Below, in pieces: positions 30,523 through 41,093 of a DNA stretch of 64,000 nt (positions within the stretch are counted from its first letter, which is position 1; each line of letters opens with the position of its first letter). The notes beneath the pieces were generated by a model, which saw only the letters and a program-made list of their open reading frames with translations, ran no database searches and had not been told where the DNA came from. This DNA comes from Cyanidioschyzon merolae. Taxonomy: Eukaryota. The DNA lies in assembly GCA_000091205.1 (NCBI GenBank), contig AP006496.2; one strand, written 5' to 3'. Position numbers and translations under genes: made by a program.

Positions 30523-32773
30523 GAAGTGAAAGAAGCCGCTGAGGCCCTAAAGTTACAATCCAATTTTTTGCCTACACGAGTGACACGTAGCCACAAGCTG
30601 TCGAGGCGACGGTCGAGAATCTGACGCGTGTCCATTGAGGAGAAAACTCTTCACGCGTGTGATGGCTAGTGCGCCGCCAGCCAGCGCGCTCGCCTGGCGT
30701 GGATGAAGCAGCGACATTTCATCATGTTCAGATTTTGTCCGAAGATGGTATACGGGTATATCGTGGAGTGCTGCTCGGATATGTATTTGCCGTTCTCGAT
30801 CAGAGAAGCGCCTGCAGTTTCTCAATGGGCGCTTCTACGATCCACAATGCCCATACTAGTCCAGTCCAGTCCAGTCCATTCTTTCTACGGCGAGTAGACG
30901 CCGGATCGATGTAGTGATTCAGCGGGTGCTCTCCTTTGGTGCAAGTTGTCCGAGTCTACCTGAGTTCCTCTGCAGGCGCGAATGCTATGTAACACGATAG
31001 AAGCGACCACCACTCGTCTCGACGCACCGCGACGTACACGTTACCCGCACCAGACTTGCTGTCTGCATCAATAATTGGAACTATCCAGGGGCTCGCAGGC
31101 ATCGGAGCCTGATATACTTGCCTACCGTATTCTCGGATCGTGCGCTGTTGCTGTTGATGCTGCCGCTGCAACGGTCTTCTGATACAGATACAACGGCTTT
31201 GGGGTGCTTCTCAGGGCGTCAGCTCGAGGCTCTTGTCCGTTGAAGTACGCACTCGCGTTTCGAGTCATGGAAGACGGCACTCTCGACGCCTGCTGCGCCA
31301 TCAGCGTGACTGCAGACTGCAAGCACGTTCGCTTCCATATGACGAGTTCGCTGAAGCGCTCTGCGGACGCGCACCCTGGAGCACGCTCTTCAAGTCGTTC
31401 ATCGGATCCTCGGTCTGCAGAGCGGAAACCGTTTTGCTTTGTCGTACTGGGGGCATGAGGCGAACACCACGCGGCCTTCGCGGCTGACACGCGTACCAGC
31501 ACTGCAGCTCGGGCAGCGACATATGCAGTACTGTTTCCGTCGACCAAATGGAATACGCCTGCCTTGATGCATCAGAAGCGTTCCAGGCGAGTGTTTCGAT
31601 CGAGTCTTGATGGTCTTGGCTCATAGCACCTACACTTTTGGAAAGCATGTCCGTGTGCCGAGCACCTTGAACCTTTACGAAAGTCTGGGACCGGGGTCGG
31701 GACCTCTGCCGTGCGGCTTCCGGGAGCGCCTGCCGTTTCCCTGGAACGCGTAATCGTTATAGCGCCTTGCTATGCGCTAGACAATCCCTCTTCAATAGAT
31801 CACAGAACAGCGGTCTCACACTTGTGTTTATGGTCTCTGCATGCCAGTATTCTCGTGGAATCGAAGCAAAATCAGAGGCCGTAAACGCATTGCTGCAGAC
31901 GCAGCGCTACGACTGGCCGGAGATACGTACAGCCTCGATGCAAGAACCAGTCCACGCGTCCAATCCGTACCGATCAAGAAGACATGAGAGCTGGTTCTAG
32001 ATGAACGCGAACACCGAGATCGTGTCCAGTCGTCTGTTGCACAGTCTGTGGCGTGGTGACTGCGGTGCGCGCGTCGGAACAGGCTGTCCGCTACGCCCAC
32101 TGGTGTCTGGTCCGTAAGCGGATCGTGTCGGCCCAGGGCGAACCGAGAACGCAACCTTGCAGGGAGTCTCTTCCAGGGCGAGACTTCCGACTAGAGAGCC
32201 ACCGATCCTGTCTGTTGGGATGCGTGGAGGCGTATCAGGCGTCGACGCGGAACACAAACGCTGTGGAGCGGGTACCACGTCCCGTGATGGCTGTGTTGGA
32301 CCTGAGCTCTGCCTCTGCCGCTGGTGAATCGCTACGCAACCGTGCCGCGCAATCGGCACTCTCCGACGGGCATCCTCTTTGCACCTAGACGCCTAGCGGG
32401 TTGTGTCCCAGTGACTACCAGATTCAAGAAGCCGTACCCGCTGCGGCGACACGTCCCGGACGAAATCAAGCGCAGTTTCGGCTGCAAGACGCGCCTAGTC
32501 CCTGGTTATCGCACACTCCGCGTGCAAACCTGTGCGTTGTTGTTGGCAAGGCTGCATGGTTGCACGCGCCGAGCGCGATACCACCCCGTACCCGGATACC
32601 AGCACAGACCTGAGGTCGCACGCTTCATTCATGGTACACGAGCACCTCGAGGACATCTCGCATAGGATCCGAACCCAGTCGTTTTTCACAGCATTTTCCT
32701 CATTCAAGTCGTGATGTATTCGTCAAATGCGAAGCGATGAGAGCGTTTAAGGTGCGTGACTGGAGTATCTCGA

Positions 32774-34555
32774 TCAGAGCGCATCGCGTGCGGGGCAGAG
32801 CGGTCCCAACGCACGACAAATCATGATGAGGAAGCGGGCATACGGATGAATTCCGCTTCTGCTGAACGTCGGTTGGGGCGGGGTTTGCGTTTGCGCATGA
32901 GGCGCGATCGACCAGGCGCTCGCAGTGTACCGCTTGACCCGATGGTAGACGCGGAGAGGGAGAAACGCGAGGTGCGCCCATACCTGCGAAACGCGGCCGC
33001 TGTAGCAAGATACCAGATGATCGTTCACGAGAAGCGTCCCTGTATCGGTGAGTGGTGCCAATGCACCATGCACAGTGGTTTGATCAATCCGCACGACAAT
33101 GGCGGTGGTCAGCGCCTCCACGAGCAGCCTGGAGCCGACCTCCAACCTGCACGCTGGTACCATCTTGATCTGGCCATCGGAGGGGGATTTCACCGCCACC
33201 AAATGATCCGCAGAGAGTTCCAATGTGCCATGATCCGTAGTGATCCGGAGATAGAAGACTCCATAGTCCTCGGGTTCATAGTCTGCAAATCCGTACACTT
33301 GCGTCAGCAGACGAGCGTGCGGCTCAGTGGCGGCACGTGTCCATATCCATTCGCCGACACGCAGCTCTCGAAGGGCTCGCATCGAGCCGTTGCGCAAGCG
33401 CACCTGCATTTCTCCCGAGAGGCAGTTGCCTCGACGCGGTAGCGTCGCCCGTTCGCGCACGACCACAGCCGGCAAAATGAGGTCACCCGCCGAGGGCCAG
33501 AACGCACCCTCCAGGGATCCGTCGATCGGGGCATACACGGGAAACGTGTTCAGGTAGGGATCCGGCGGGCAGCGCGTCGTTCCCGCAAAATCGTGGCACT
33601 GGAACGCCACGTTGTACGTGATCTGGTATGCGCTGTTTTGTATGAAGTTCACATCGACGAGCTCGTGGCAGTACGGCTCGGAGCCCGCATAGCCGCCTTC
33701 GTCGACGGTGATTGTTGCGCCCCCGCGAATCGGGAACACGAAGGCAACGCCCGGATGGCGGATGCCGACGAGCGCCAGCGGCAAGTTCTGCACGGGGCCT
33801 TCAATTGGGGCGTACGGCCCAGTGCCAATGTGTGTCAGGCCGGTTTCCAGGTACGCTGGCCAGAAGGCGTTCCCGAATGCGTACCAGCCGCTGCCGAGAA
33901 CACCGCGGGTGAGCACCACGACGCCTTGTGATTCAGTAGGGTTCTGGAACGTCCAGCGTACCAAGCCCGCTGCTTGATCCACCCAAGTCCAGTGGACCTG
34001 GATTCCACGCCCACTCTGACAGAAGAAGCCGGTGCTGGTCGGGCTCGAAATCGGCGATGGAGGCGCGCTGACTGTTCTCGACTGTGACGAAGGTGTCGAT
34101 GGCGTGTCCGATTGCCGCTGAGATGGAGTCTGAACCAGCGTGGGTGTCGGTACCGTCGAGCAGCCACAGCAACAGCAATCGCGAGTACAGCACGACATAC
34201 AGCACGGGTAGCCAATGGTGGGTATGCTCGGGATCTGCGCATTGAGCGAGGGAATCTGCCCAAAAGAAACCGGAGGCAGAGACGGAAACGTGAATTTGAG
34301 CATGCCCACGGATCGTTCTCCATGCTCCAATGCGGATAACCAAGTTGAGCTTGTTCCGTTTGGCGTCTCTGTGCGAAACGATGCGTTCACCACGCGTGCG
34401 GATTCTGCGTTACGTGTCCATCCCGACCCGGTACTGCACTCTGTTTGCCTCACGGAGAAAGAGCGTGATTGAGCCGCTGCCAAGTGCTGAACAAATGCAC
34501 TGCTCGAGAGCCACCAGAGCATCAAAAGCGAGCGAAACCTTCTCGTTGAAATCAT
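32774..34555 (-). CDS. Secreted Hedgehog/intein-type Hint ('Hog') autoprocessing protein 2 (paralog of 29029..30522), with an added Cys-cluster and a Pro/Ser/Thr-rich linker
   Basis: Signal peptide 'MISTRRFRSLLMLWWLSSSAFVQHLAAA'. 'CCMSCCTRDCCCCGC' then a mucin-like 'TPTLVQTPSQRQSDTPSTPSSQSRTVSAPPSPISSPTST'. Shared N-domain motifs 'WTFQNPTESQG' and 'GNAFWPAYLETGL'. The Hint module begins 'RRGN|CLSGEMQVRLRNGSMRALRELRVGEWIWT...FYLRITTDHGTLELSADHLVAV...LVNDHLVSCYS' (Cys ~aa 378, nt ~33424). ATG verified at 34555..34553. Confidence 0.75.
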   Translation of the reverse strand: MISTRRFRSLLMLWWLSSSAFVQHLAAAQSRSFSVRQTECSTGSGWTRNAESARVVNASFRTETPNGTSSTWLSALEHGERSVGMLKFTFPSLPPVSFGQIPSLNAQIPSIPTIGYPCCMSCCTRDCCCCGCSTVPTPTLVQTPSQRQSDTPSTPSSQSRTVSAPPSPISSPTSTGFFCQSGRGIQVHWTWVDQAAGLVRWTFQNPTESQGVVVLTRGVLGSGWYAFGNAFWPAYLETGLTHIGTGPYAPIEGPVQNLPLALVGIRHPGVAFVFPIRGGATITVDEGGYAGSEPYCHELVDVNFIQNSAYQITYNVAFQCHDFAGTTRCPPDPYLNTFPVYAPIDGSLEGAFWPSAGDLILPAVVVRERATLPRRGNCLSGEMQVRLRNGSMRALRELRVGEWIWTRAATEPHARLLTQVYGFADYEPEDYGVFYLRITTDHGTLELSADHLVAVKSPSDGQIKMVPACRLEVGSRLLVEALTTAIVVRIDQTTVHGALAPLTDTGTLLVNDHLVSCYSGRVSQVWAHLAFLPLRVYHRVKRYTASAWSIAPHAQTQTPPQPTFSRSGIHPYARFLIMICRALGPLCPARDAL

Positions 34556-37299
34556 GGGGACTGCTCTAGTTGGTAAAGCACTTCACAGAGGCGAAAATTC
34601 CATGTTGCGTTGTCGGTGAAGTTGTACATGCGTTTCACGCATGTTTCCCGCCATGCCCACGGACGGATGTTCGAGCGTTCACGCATGGATGCGCGTGCGT
34701 GTCTGCAGAATCTCGAACGTGTCTGGACACGTGTCCGTCGTGCATGCATGCGTTTTCGCGATTTTCCTGGACGATTGTACGGACGGGGGTGCTTCGTAGC
34801 GGGGTGCTTGCGTTCCCGTACCCGCAGCCTCTTTGAACTGCGTCGCTCGAACGAAGGCGACGCCCCGAACACGAGCATAAGCGACCATCTGCCGAGGTAT
34901 CGAGTTCAGCGTTGACAGACCAGCTGGTCTCGCTCCTTGCCCAGACTCTACGAGATGCCGCCAAAGCCTTTCCTGATCAGGATGACGATGAAAAGCTGTA
35001 AAAAGGGAGCTCTTCGCGCTGCTGTGAGCAGACGCGAGCATCACTGTTCATGCTGAGCTCGGGGTGCGCTCGTAGCGATTCAGGTCGCGGAATCGGGCGC
35101 GAGCCATGGCGAGCGCCGAGGAACGGCGCTTCTGGACGCAAGCGGAGACGCATTGGCACCGATTTCAAATCCTGCCAGCACAATCCTCCTGCATCGTGGA
35201 CAATCTCTCGCAACCGGGAGCTGTGAATGTGCTTCCATACGCGCACCACATTCACTGCAGGCGCAACACCGACGTCTAAGATGCCCAGCGCTGGGTTCAA
35301 AGAACCGAACTTGGTGCACATCGATTGAAAACTAGGCTGTTGAAGCTGCCAGATATGCTGCTCTCCTTCCGCGATGCACACATGCCACGAATGCCAGAGT
35401 CATTTTCGAGCGTCTGCGGCATCAGAATCTACAGTGAAACTCCCGCCTGTGAAAAAACCTGTGCGCCAGCGGGCAAGCGAGAGTCGCTCGGTTCAATCAC
35501 TTGGCCATGCTCGAATGCGCATGCAAAGCTCCCGGATCTGCAGGGGCGCTGCGGGCGGCATTCCTTTGGCAAATGTCATGGTTCATCGGGCTCGCTTCAC
35601 AGGAGGTCGAGCATTGGCGCCATGGAGTCGCATGGCGCGGAATGGCACTCCACGTGTCAGCGGACGATGTGCATGCCGCAACCGCGCCTGCATGCCGTGA
35701 ATCCTCGACATCCGGGTCTGCGCAGCGGAATGTCAAGAACCCGCCACCAACAACACCCGCTGATTCTCGACGAGCTCCGTCTAGACCAGTCGTGGGATCG
35801 TCAATGCGTACACAAAGCAAAGGCTTTTGCTCTGTCTTTCACAGAACGCGTCGCGAGCGCCCTATTTTAGAATTCGTATCCGCTATTCCTCAGCAAGGAA
35901 TGTGCACTGCGTTTACATCGATTTCGGGAAGAATTTCTCGTGAAAATACCAGAGACTGTTTGTTGTAGAACGCTGCGCACATGCACCTGATGCCTGCTTC
36001 AACCAATGAGGTGCGAGGCACCGAGTAGCGCAGTGCCTTCACAGCATCTTTTCGTTGCATTGACTTTGATTTCTCTGTGGCGGCGCCAGTGAGGGCATGA
36101 TATTGGTTGGTTCTGCTTCTCAGGCCGTTCGTCGCCGATGAATCCTGGCAACAGCAACGTACAGTATGTCGCTTACAGCTCGCGAGCAACGACTCTTCTC
36201 TTGGAAAACGTCTTCGGCATGTGAGGTTCGCATCAACCTACAATCCGCACACTCCATCGTCGACCGGCCTCTCGTGAGTCCCATATTAAAAAGCTTGTAA
36301 AGACAAAGCGTCTCTGCTACTCGGAAGTACGTTTGGCTTCTTTGCACGAACTTGCTGCGAAACGCGTTTCTCAGAAACGTCAAGGCGCCGAGGCTTTTTC
36401 ATCGTATGCCTTCAGAAGAGCAAGCACACGCTGCATCGTGGTAGGCCGGCTCTCTGTTACAGCACCAGTCGCGCCACGTATACCTCGTGACGACTGTGTG
36501 GTTCCCAGACTCCCCGCCGTTCTCTCCGTCGGTCTGCCGAGCTCCATAGCAAGTGTGATACCCTTGGACGCTTCCATTACATAACTTTCTAGCTTTCGCT
36601 CCCGTTCCTCGGGATCTTCCATCAAACGAGAAATCCAGTACTTTATAAGGTTCATATGGGGGCTCCTACTGCTGCGACTGCGCTAACTCGCGCCCGTTGC
36701 AACCTCTGCGGCTTTGGGCGCTAGACTAGACACTTGGCGTGTCACGCGATGCGTTCGATTCCGTCACACGAACGGTGAAGGCCCGGCCCGCGGCCCTGCA
36801 GGGATGGCGCTGCGGCATCGCATTACCCAGCGGCCACAGATGACGCGTTGGCTGGTAGCGTTTACCCGAGCGCTTCATCATTGCCGGGTACCAGGTGCGG
36901 TAGACAAGTCGTTGCACCAGCGGAAACGTACGGTGAATCTATTTTGCTTTGTGGAGTTGTTTGGGACGCCCGGCGGACGAAGGGTAGTAACGCAAACGAG
37001 CGAAAGGCCCACTTAAACGGGATTTGGAACAGAGTTCCGCTCCGTTACCGCGTTTGGAGCGACCCGCAAGCACTCGAACGAACAACGCGGTCGCTTGGAG
37101 GCCGTTGCACCGCAGCTGCCGTTTTCCCGCAAATTGGTTGCGGTTCCTCTAGTATTCATCCATTGTAGTTGACGTGGAAAGCCTGTGGGTGAAGTTTGAA
37201 ACTTCGGGCTAGTGTACGATCCTGTGCAAGGGCTTTCGTGCCAACGACGGCGGCTGGTGACTACCAACAACTACTCCAGCCGCCGCGCCGTGAGGCACC

Positions 37300-39264
37300 A
37301 TGAGCTTCGTGGGGCCCAAACCGACACCGACCTCCCGCATACGGAAGGACGACTCGCCGGAAACACGCAGCAACGGCAGTAGTGTGTCGCCAGTGGATAC
37401 CTCACCGCGAACCGCGCCACAAGAGGCGCAGCTTCAGCTCCCGAAGCGACGTGACTGGTACCGGATTCCGAATGCGGCAAGCGCCGGCGGAGTCGGGTTC
37501 TCTGATCGAGCAGAGCTCGAGCGACAGCGCCACGTTGTCCGGGATATGCTTCGGCAGGTTGGTTCTAGCTTCATTGAAGGCAAAGACCTCGTGAACGTAA
37601 GTTTACCGATTCGTCTGTTTGAGCCGCGCTCGTTCCTTCAGCGCCTAACCGATGATTGGGCGTATTGCTCAACGCTATTGAAAGCAGCTGCGCACGCGAC
37701 CGACACACTCGATCGCTTCAAGTTAACGATTGCGTTTGCCATTGCGGGTCTACACAAGTCGGCAACCATGTTCAAACCGTTCAATCCTTTGCTTGGGGAG
37801 ACCTTTCAAGCGTGTATGCCTAGTGATGGAACCCGGATTTATCTGGAGCAAACTTGTCATCACCCGCCGGTGACGCACTGGCGCATCCGTGCCGCAGACC
37901 GATCCTATGAGTTCACCGGTTTCGGCGCGTACAGCGCTCGCGTGCAGCTATTTGAGAACGCGATTCGCGCACAACGCCTCGGCGTCAACGTTGTCCATTT
38001 TCGCGATGGATCGCGCATTATTTTCTGGCTACCCTACATGAAAATACATGGCATTGTGTTTGGCGAGCGGCGCTTGGAATATCTAGGAAAGGCGGTGTTC
38101 TTGTACGAACCGCCACGCAATTTCACGACATCCGGTATACCGAGCCGAGCCTCGCTCTCAGACGGTGAAAACACCGAACAACGGCGAAGCAGCGAGACTT
38201 TTGCGGAGCCGGATCGAGCGCTCGTTGCGGTCATGCTTCTGAACAGCGAAAAAACTGGATTCGTTGGCACGCTTCGTGGCGTTGCACGCGGCATCGGTCG
38301 CATGTTTGGCGGTCGTAACAACAACAACAGCAGCAGCAATAACGCTAACGCTAACACCAATGCCAATGTCAGCAAGAGAACCCCAGTCGCAGGTGGCCGT
38401 CCCGTTAGCTACCCGACAGGGCGAGCTTCGAATGGCGCCATATCGGGGTTGGATACGAGCCGTCCGATACCAACAGATGTGTTTCGTGGCATCATCGCTA
38501 GTGTGGATGCACCACAGACACCGAACGCTGGCTATCTTGCCGGTGACGACTCGAGCACGACTCCAAGTCAGCCAGGCAGGCCCGGGCAACCCATACTGAA
38601 CGCACAGCGACGCAAAAGAATTACCCGCCGGCAGGTCAAGCAGCTTCTGGCAGAGTTTGCTACGCGTAATGGTCCGCTTGCCTCCAGTCCATGGTCGTCC
38701 ATGGACTGGCGAGCGAGCCAAGACGTGGACCAGGTTGCCGTTCGAGAGCAAGCGCCGAGTCTGTCGGTCACCGATGGCGTCTCCGATGCAAACCTGCAGC
38801 GTTCGTCGTTGTCGTCGTCCTCATTGGCTTCATCGGCACGCAACGATCCGTACCGGGGCGCCGGCAGACGCCAGCGTTCCCACAGCGCCCTCGATCCCGT
38901 TGTATTATGTAGTTTCGAGGGCACATACCTCGGATTCGTTGATTTTGATGGGCAACGATACTGGGATATTCGTGATATGCCAGGTGAGGCGCCGCTTCCG
39001 GTGCCGCTCGAGGAGGCGCTGCCCAGCGATAGCCGTTTCCGCGAAGATGCGCGGGCGCTTGCAGGCGCACTGCAGCCTGGGTTAAGTGAGCGAGAGCAAA
39101 GCGATCGCATGATGAAGGCGCAAGCAGCAAAAGAACGCGTGGAGAATCAACAGCGTGCAGATCGGGTCCTTCGCGAACGAGGTCGCCGCGAGCGTGGCAT
39201 CAAAGAATCCAACGCATTTGTTCCTGAGCGCATTCTCCGCGAAGATACGTGTTACTGGCCTTGA
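37300..39264 (+). CDS. Oxysterol-binding protein-related protein (ORP/OSBP family) with a long low-complexity insertion
   Basis: OSBP fingerprint 'EQTCHHPPVTHW'. Conserved C-terminal 'FDGQRYWDIRDM...LPSDSRFREDARAL'. Asn/Ser-rich insertion 'NNNNSSSNNANANTNANV'. ATG verified at 37300. Confidence 0.8.
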   Translation: MSFVGPKPTPTSRIRKDDSPETRSNGSSVSPVDTSPRTAPQEAQLQLPKRRDWYRIPNAASAGGVGFSDRAELERQRHVVRDMLRQVGSSFIEGKDLVNVSLPIRLFEPRSFLQRLTDDWAYCSTLLKAAAHATDTLDRFKLTIAFAIAGLHKSATMFKPFNPLLGETFQACMPSDGTRIYLEQTCHHPPVTHWRIRAADRSYEFTGFGAYSARVQLFENAIRAQRLGVNVVHFRDGSRIIFWLPYMKIHGIVFGERRLEYLGKAVFLYEPPRNFTTSGIPSRASLSDGENTEQRRSSETFAEPDRALVAVMLLNSEKTGFVGTLRGVARGIGRMFGGRNNNNSSSNNANANTNANVSKRTPVAGGRPVSYPTGRASNGAISGLDTSRPIPTDVFRGIIASVDAPQTPNAGYLAGDDSSTTPSQPGRPGQPILNAQRRKRITRRQVKQLLAEFATRNGPLASSPWSSMDWRASQDVDQVAVREQAPSLSVTDGVSDANLQRSSLSSSSLASSARNDPYRGAGRRQRSHSALDPVVLCSFEGTYLGFVDFDGQRYWDIRDMPGEAPLPVPLEEALPSDSRFREDARALAGALQPGLSEREQSDRMMKAQAAKERVENQQRADRVLRERGRRERGIKESNAFVPERILREDTCYWP

Positions 39265-39461
39265 AGAGGTTGTATGCAAAGTGCCACATGTTCGACGCTC
39301 CAGGGCTTGCACGAGCACGCATCGATCGGCTTTTCGGACGCACGCATCCATGCATTCATGCGTGCATCCATGCGCTGCATGCATCGAGGCGCTGCGACGC
39401 TACCAGCACCAGCCATTGGCAGGCGTGCGGCACCGCCCGATTGATGCCGGCTGCTGCAGCG

Positions 39462-40460
39462 TTACGGCTGTGCGCGCGCTGTACTCGTTGCAGATACGCA
39501 GGGTCGAACGATAAAAATCACGCCGTCACCGCGCACAAACAGGCGCGAGATGAATCGCTCGCGCAAGTCTGGAGGCCGATCGGGTTGTGACTCCTGCCAG
39601 ATTTCCCGTACATGCTCCATAATGAGGTTAAAGTGCTTATCATAGGCGCGCAGCGTGCCGTAGAGCTTTTTATTATGACGACAGCTCACGAGACACGGCA
39701 CTCGATCGGTGATGCACCGGTCGAGCAGCGTGAACGGTGTTCGCGGCGAGCCGTTTGCGGCATGCACTGCTGGCTTCAGAGCTGACGCAGCGCTTTCGCT
39801 GCTATTCGGAATGCTCTGCGTCGTTGCTGGGGTCGTCGCTGCGATTAGCGTTTGGTAGGATGTCGAAGCTTCTGCTGCAGCGCTGAGCTCTGATGCGGCA
39901 GGCGTTGCCCCAGCTTGATCCAAGTGCGTGTCGTGTGCATCAAGGGGTCTTCGTTTCCGGGGCGCGGTAGGCGGGGCGCTGGCCGGCTCCGCCCAGCGTC
40001 GTTTTCGTCGTTGCGTGGTGGTCGTGCTCTGTGGATACGCGCTAGACTGGATCGGTGACGGCGATAGAGCAGCAGGGTCCAGGGTTTGAGCCAACTTCTG
40101 CTCCTGCTGCTGCTCCTGCTGCTGCTCCTGCTGCTGCTCCTGCTGCTGCTCCTGCTGCTGCTCCTGCTGCTGCTCCTGCTGCTGCTCCTGCTGCTGCGCG
40201 GACGATGTCGTCGTTGCGTCTCCAAGGTTGGTAGCCCGACCAGCTTCTCCCTGTGTGGCTCCAGGCGCGACGCTAGAGTCCTCATCGCGAGCCTCTTGTT
40301 CGAGTTTCACACCTAACAGGTCCAGCAAACGTTTTTGGAGTTCAGCCTTTCTACCGCTGGTTGGAGCTTCTCGCGCGGCAAGCTCCCGACGGAGCTGCGC
40401 CACCGTCAGTCCCGCTACAGCCCCCGCTTCTAAAGCAGTGGGCTGATCAACTGGAGGCAT
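39462..40460 (-). CDS. Sm-domain protein of the SmD2 family carrying a ~250-aa N-terminal extension with a SAP-like motif and a (QQQE)n repeat
   Basis: C-terminal Sm fold 'CLVSCRHNKKLYGTLRAYDKHFNLIMEHVREIW...RERFISRLFVRGDGVIFIV' matches SmD2 ([33 protein letters not shown]...KDRYISKMFLRGDSVIVVL, from memory). N-terminal 'LTVAQLRRELAAREAPTSGRKAELQKRLLDLL' is SAP-like. ATG verified at 40460..40458. There is no other in-frame ATG before the Sm domain. Confidence 0.6.
   Translation of the reverse strand: MPPVDQPTALEAGAVAGLTVAQLRRELAAREAPTSGRKAELQKRLLDLLGVKLEQEARDEDSSVAPGATQGEAGRATNLGDATTTSSAQQQEQQQEQQQEQQQEQQQEQQQEQQQEQQQEQKLAQTLDPAALSPSPIQSSAYPQSTTTTQRRKRRWAEPASAPPTAPRKRRPLDAHDTHLDQAGATPAASELSAAAEASTSYQTLIAATTPATTQSIPNSSESAASALKPAVHAANGSPRTPFTLLDRCITDRVPCLVSCRHNKKLYGTLRAYDKHFNLIMEHVREIWQESQPDRPPDLRERFISRLFVRGDGVIFIVRPCVSATSTARAQP
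40095..40197. repeat. (CTGCTGCTCCTG)n 12-bp microsatellite inside the SmD2-like CDS; encodes (QQQE)n on the minus strand
   Basis: Read directly. Confidence 0.9.
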
Positions 40461-41093
40461 TCCTGCTCGCCAAGAGTGCTTATTTGGGCGTCATTAAACG
40501 ACCAGCGTTGACGATTGCACCAGCTTTACAACGAACGTCACGGAATGCGATCCATTCGCAGGGCGTTCGCAGAAACGCGTGTTCCGACGCCGCGCCCAGG
40601 TGGCATTGCAGCAGCTAGGATCAAGCGTTGTTGGTGCGGGGCTTTCACGCCTCTGTAGAACAGTTGCTCCTGGTGTTGTCATTGTTTTGTTTTTGGGCAG
40701 ACGAGACGCTTACAGGTAAGCACTGGGTAGGTCGTGTTGTTCTCCACAATGAGAACTCTGAGTTAGCCACGAGAGGGGGCGCCGCTGCTTCACGGGCTCG
40801 AAGCCTTGTCGCTGGGCACCAGTCTGGCGGGATGGGTTCGGATCTAGTACTGGGTGCTGGTTTGAACCTGAAAACGCGTCTGAATCCGAGGTATGCACCA
40901 CGCTAAGGTGTAGTGTTTACGCTGTCGGCGCGTTGAAGCGGACTTGCTGTTTCAGGAGTGCACACGTGAAAGGCCCCTTGGCCGTGACAAGCAGCGCACA
41001 CTGCGTGCCGCAGCTCAACAGACGTACTGCTTTCGCCTGGAGGCGCCGAAAGGGCGGCGGTGGTGGTGCTTTGGCGACGACCTAAGCCGGAGA

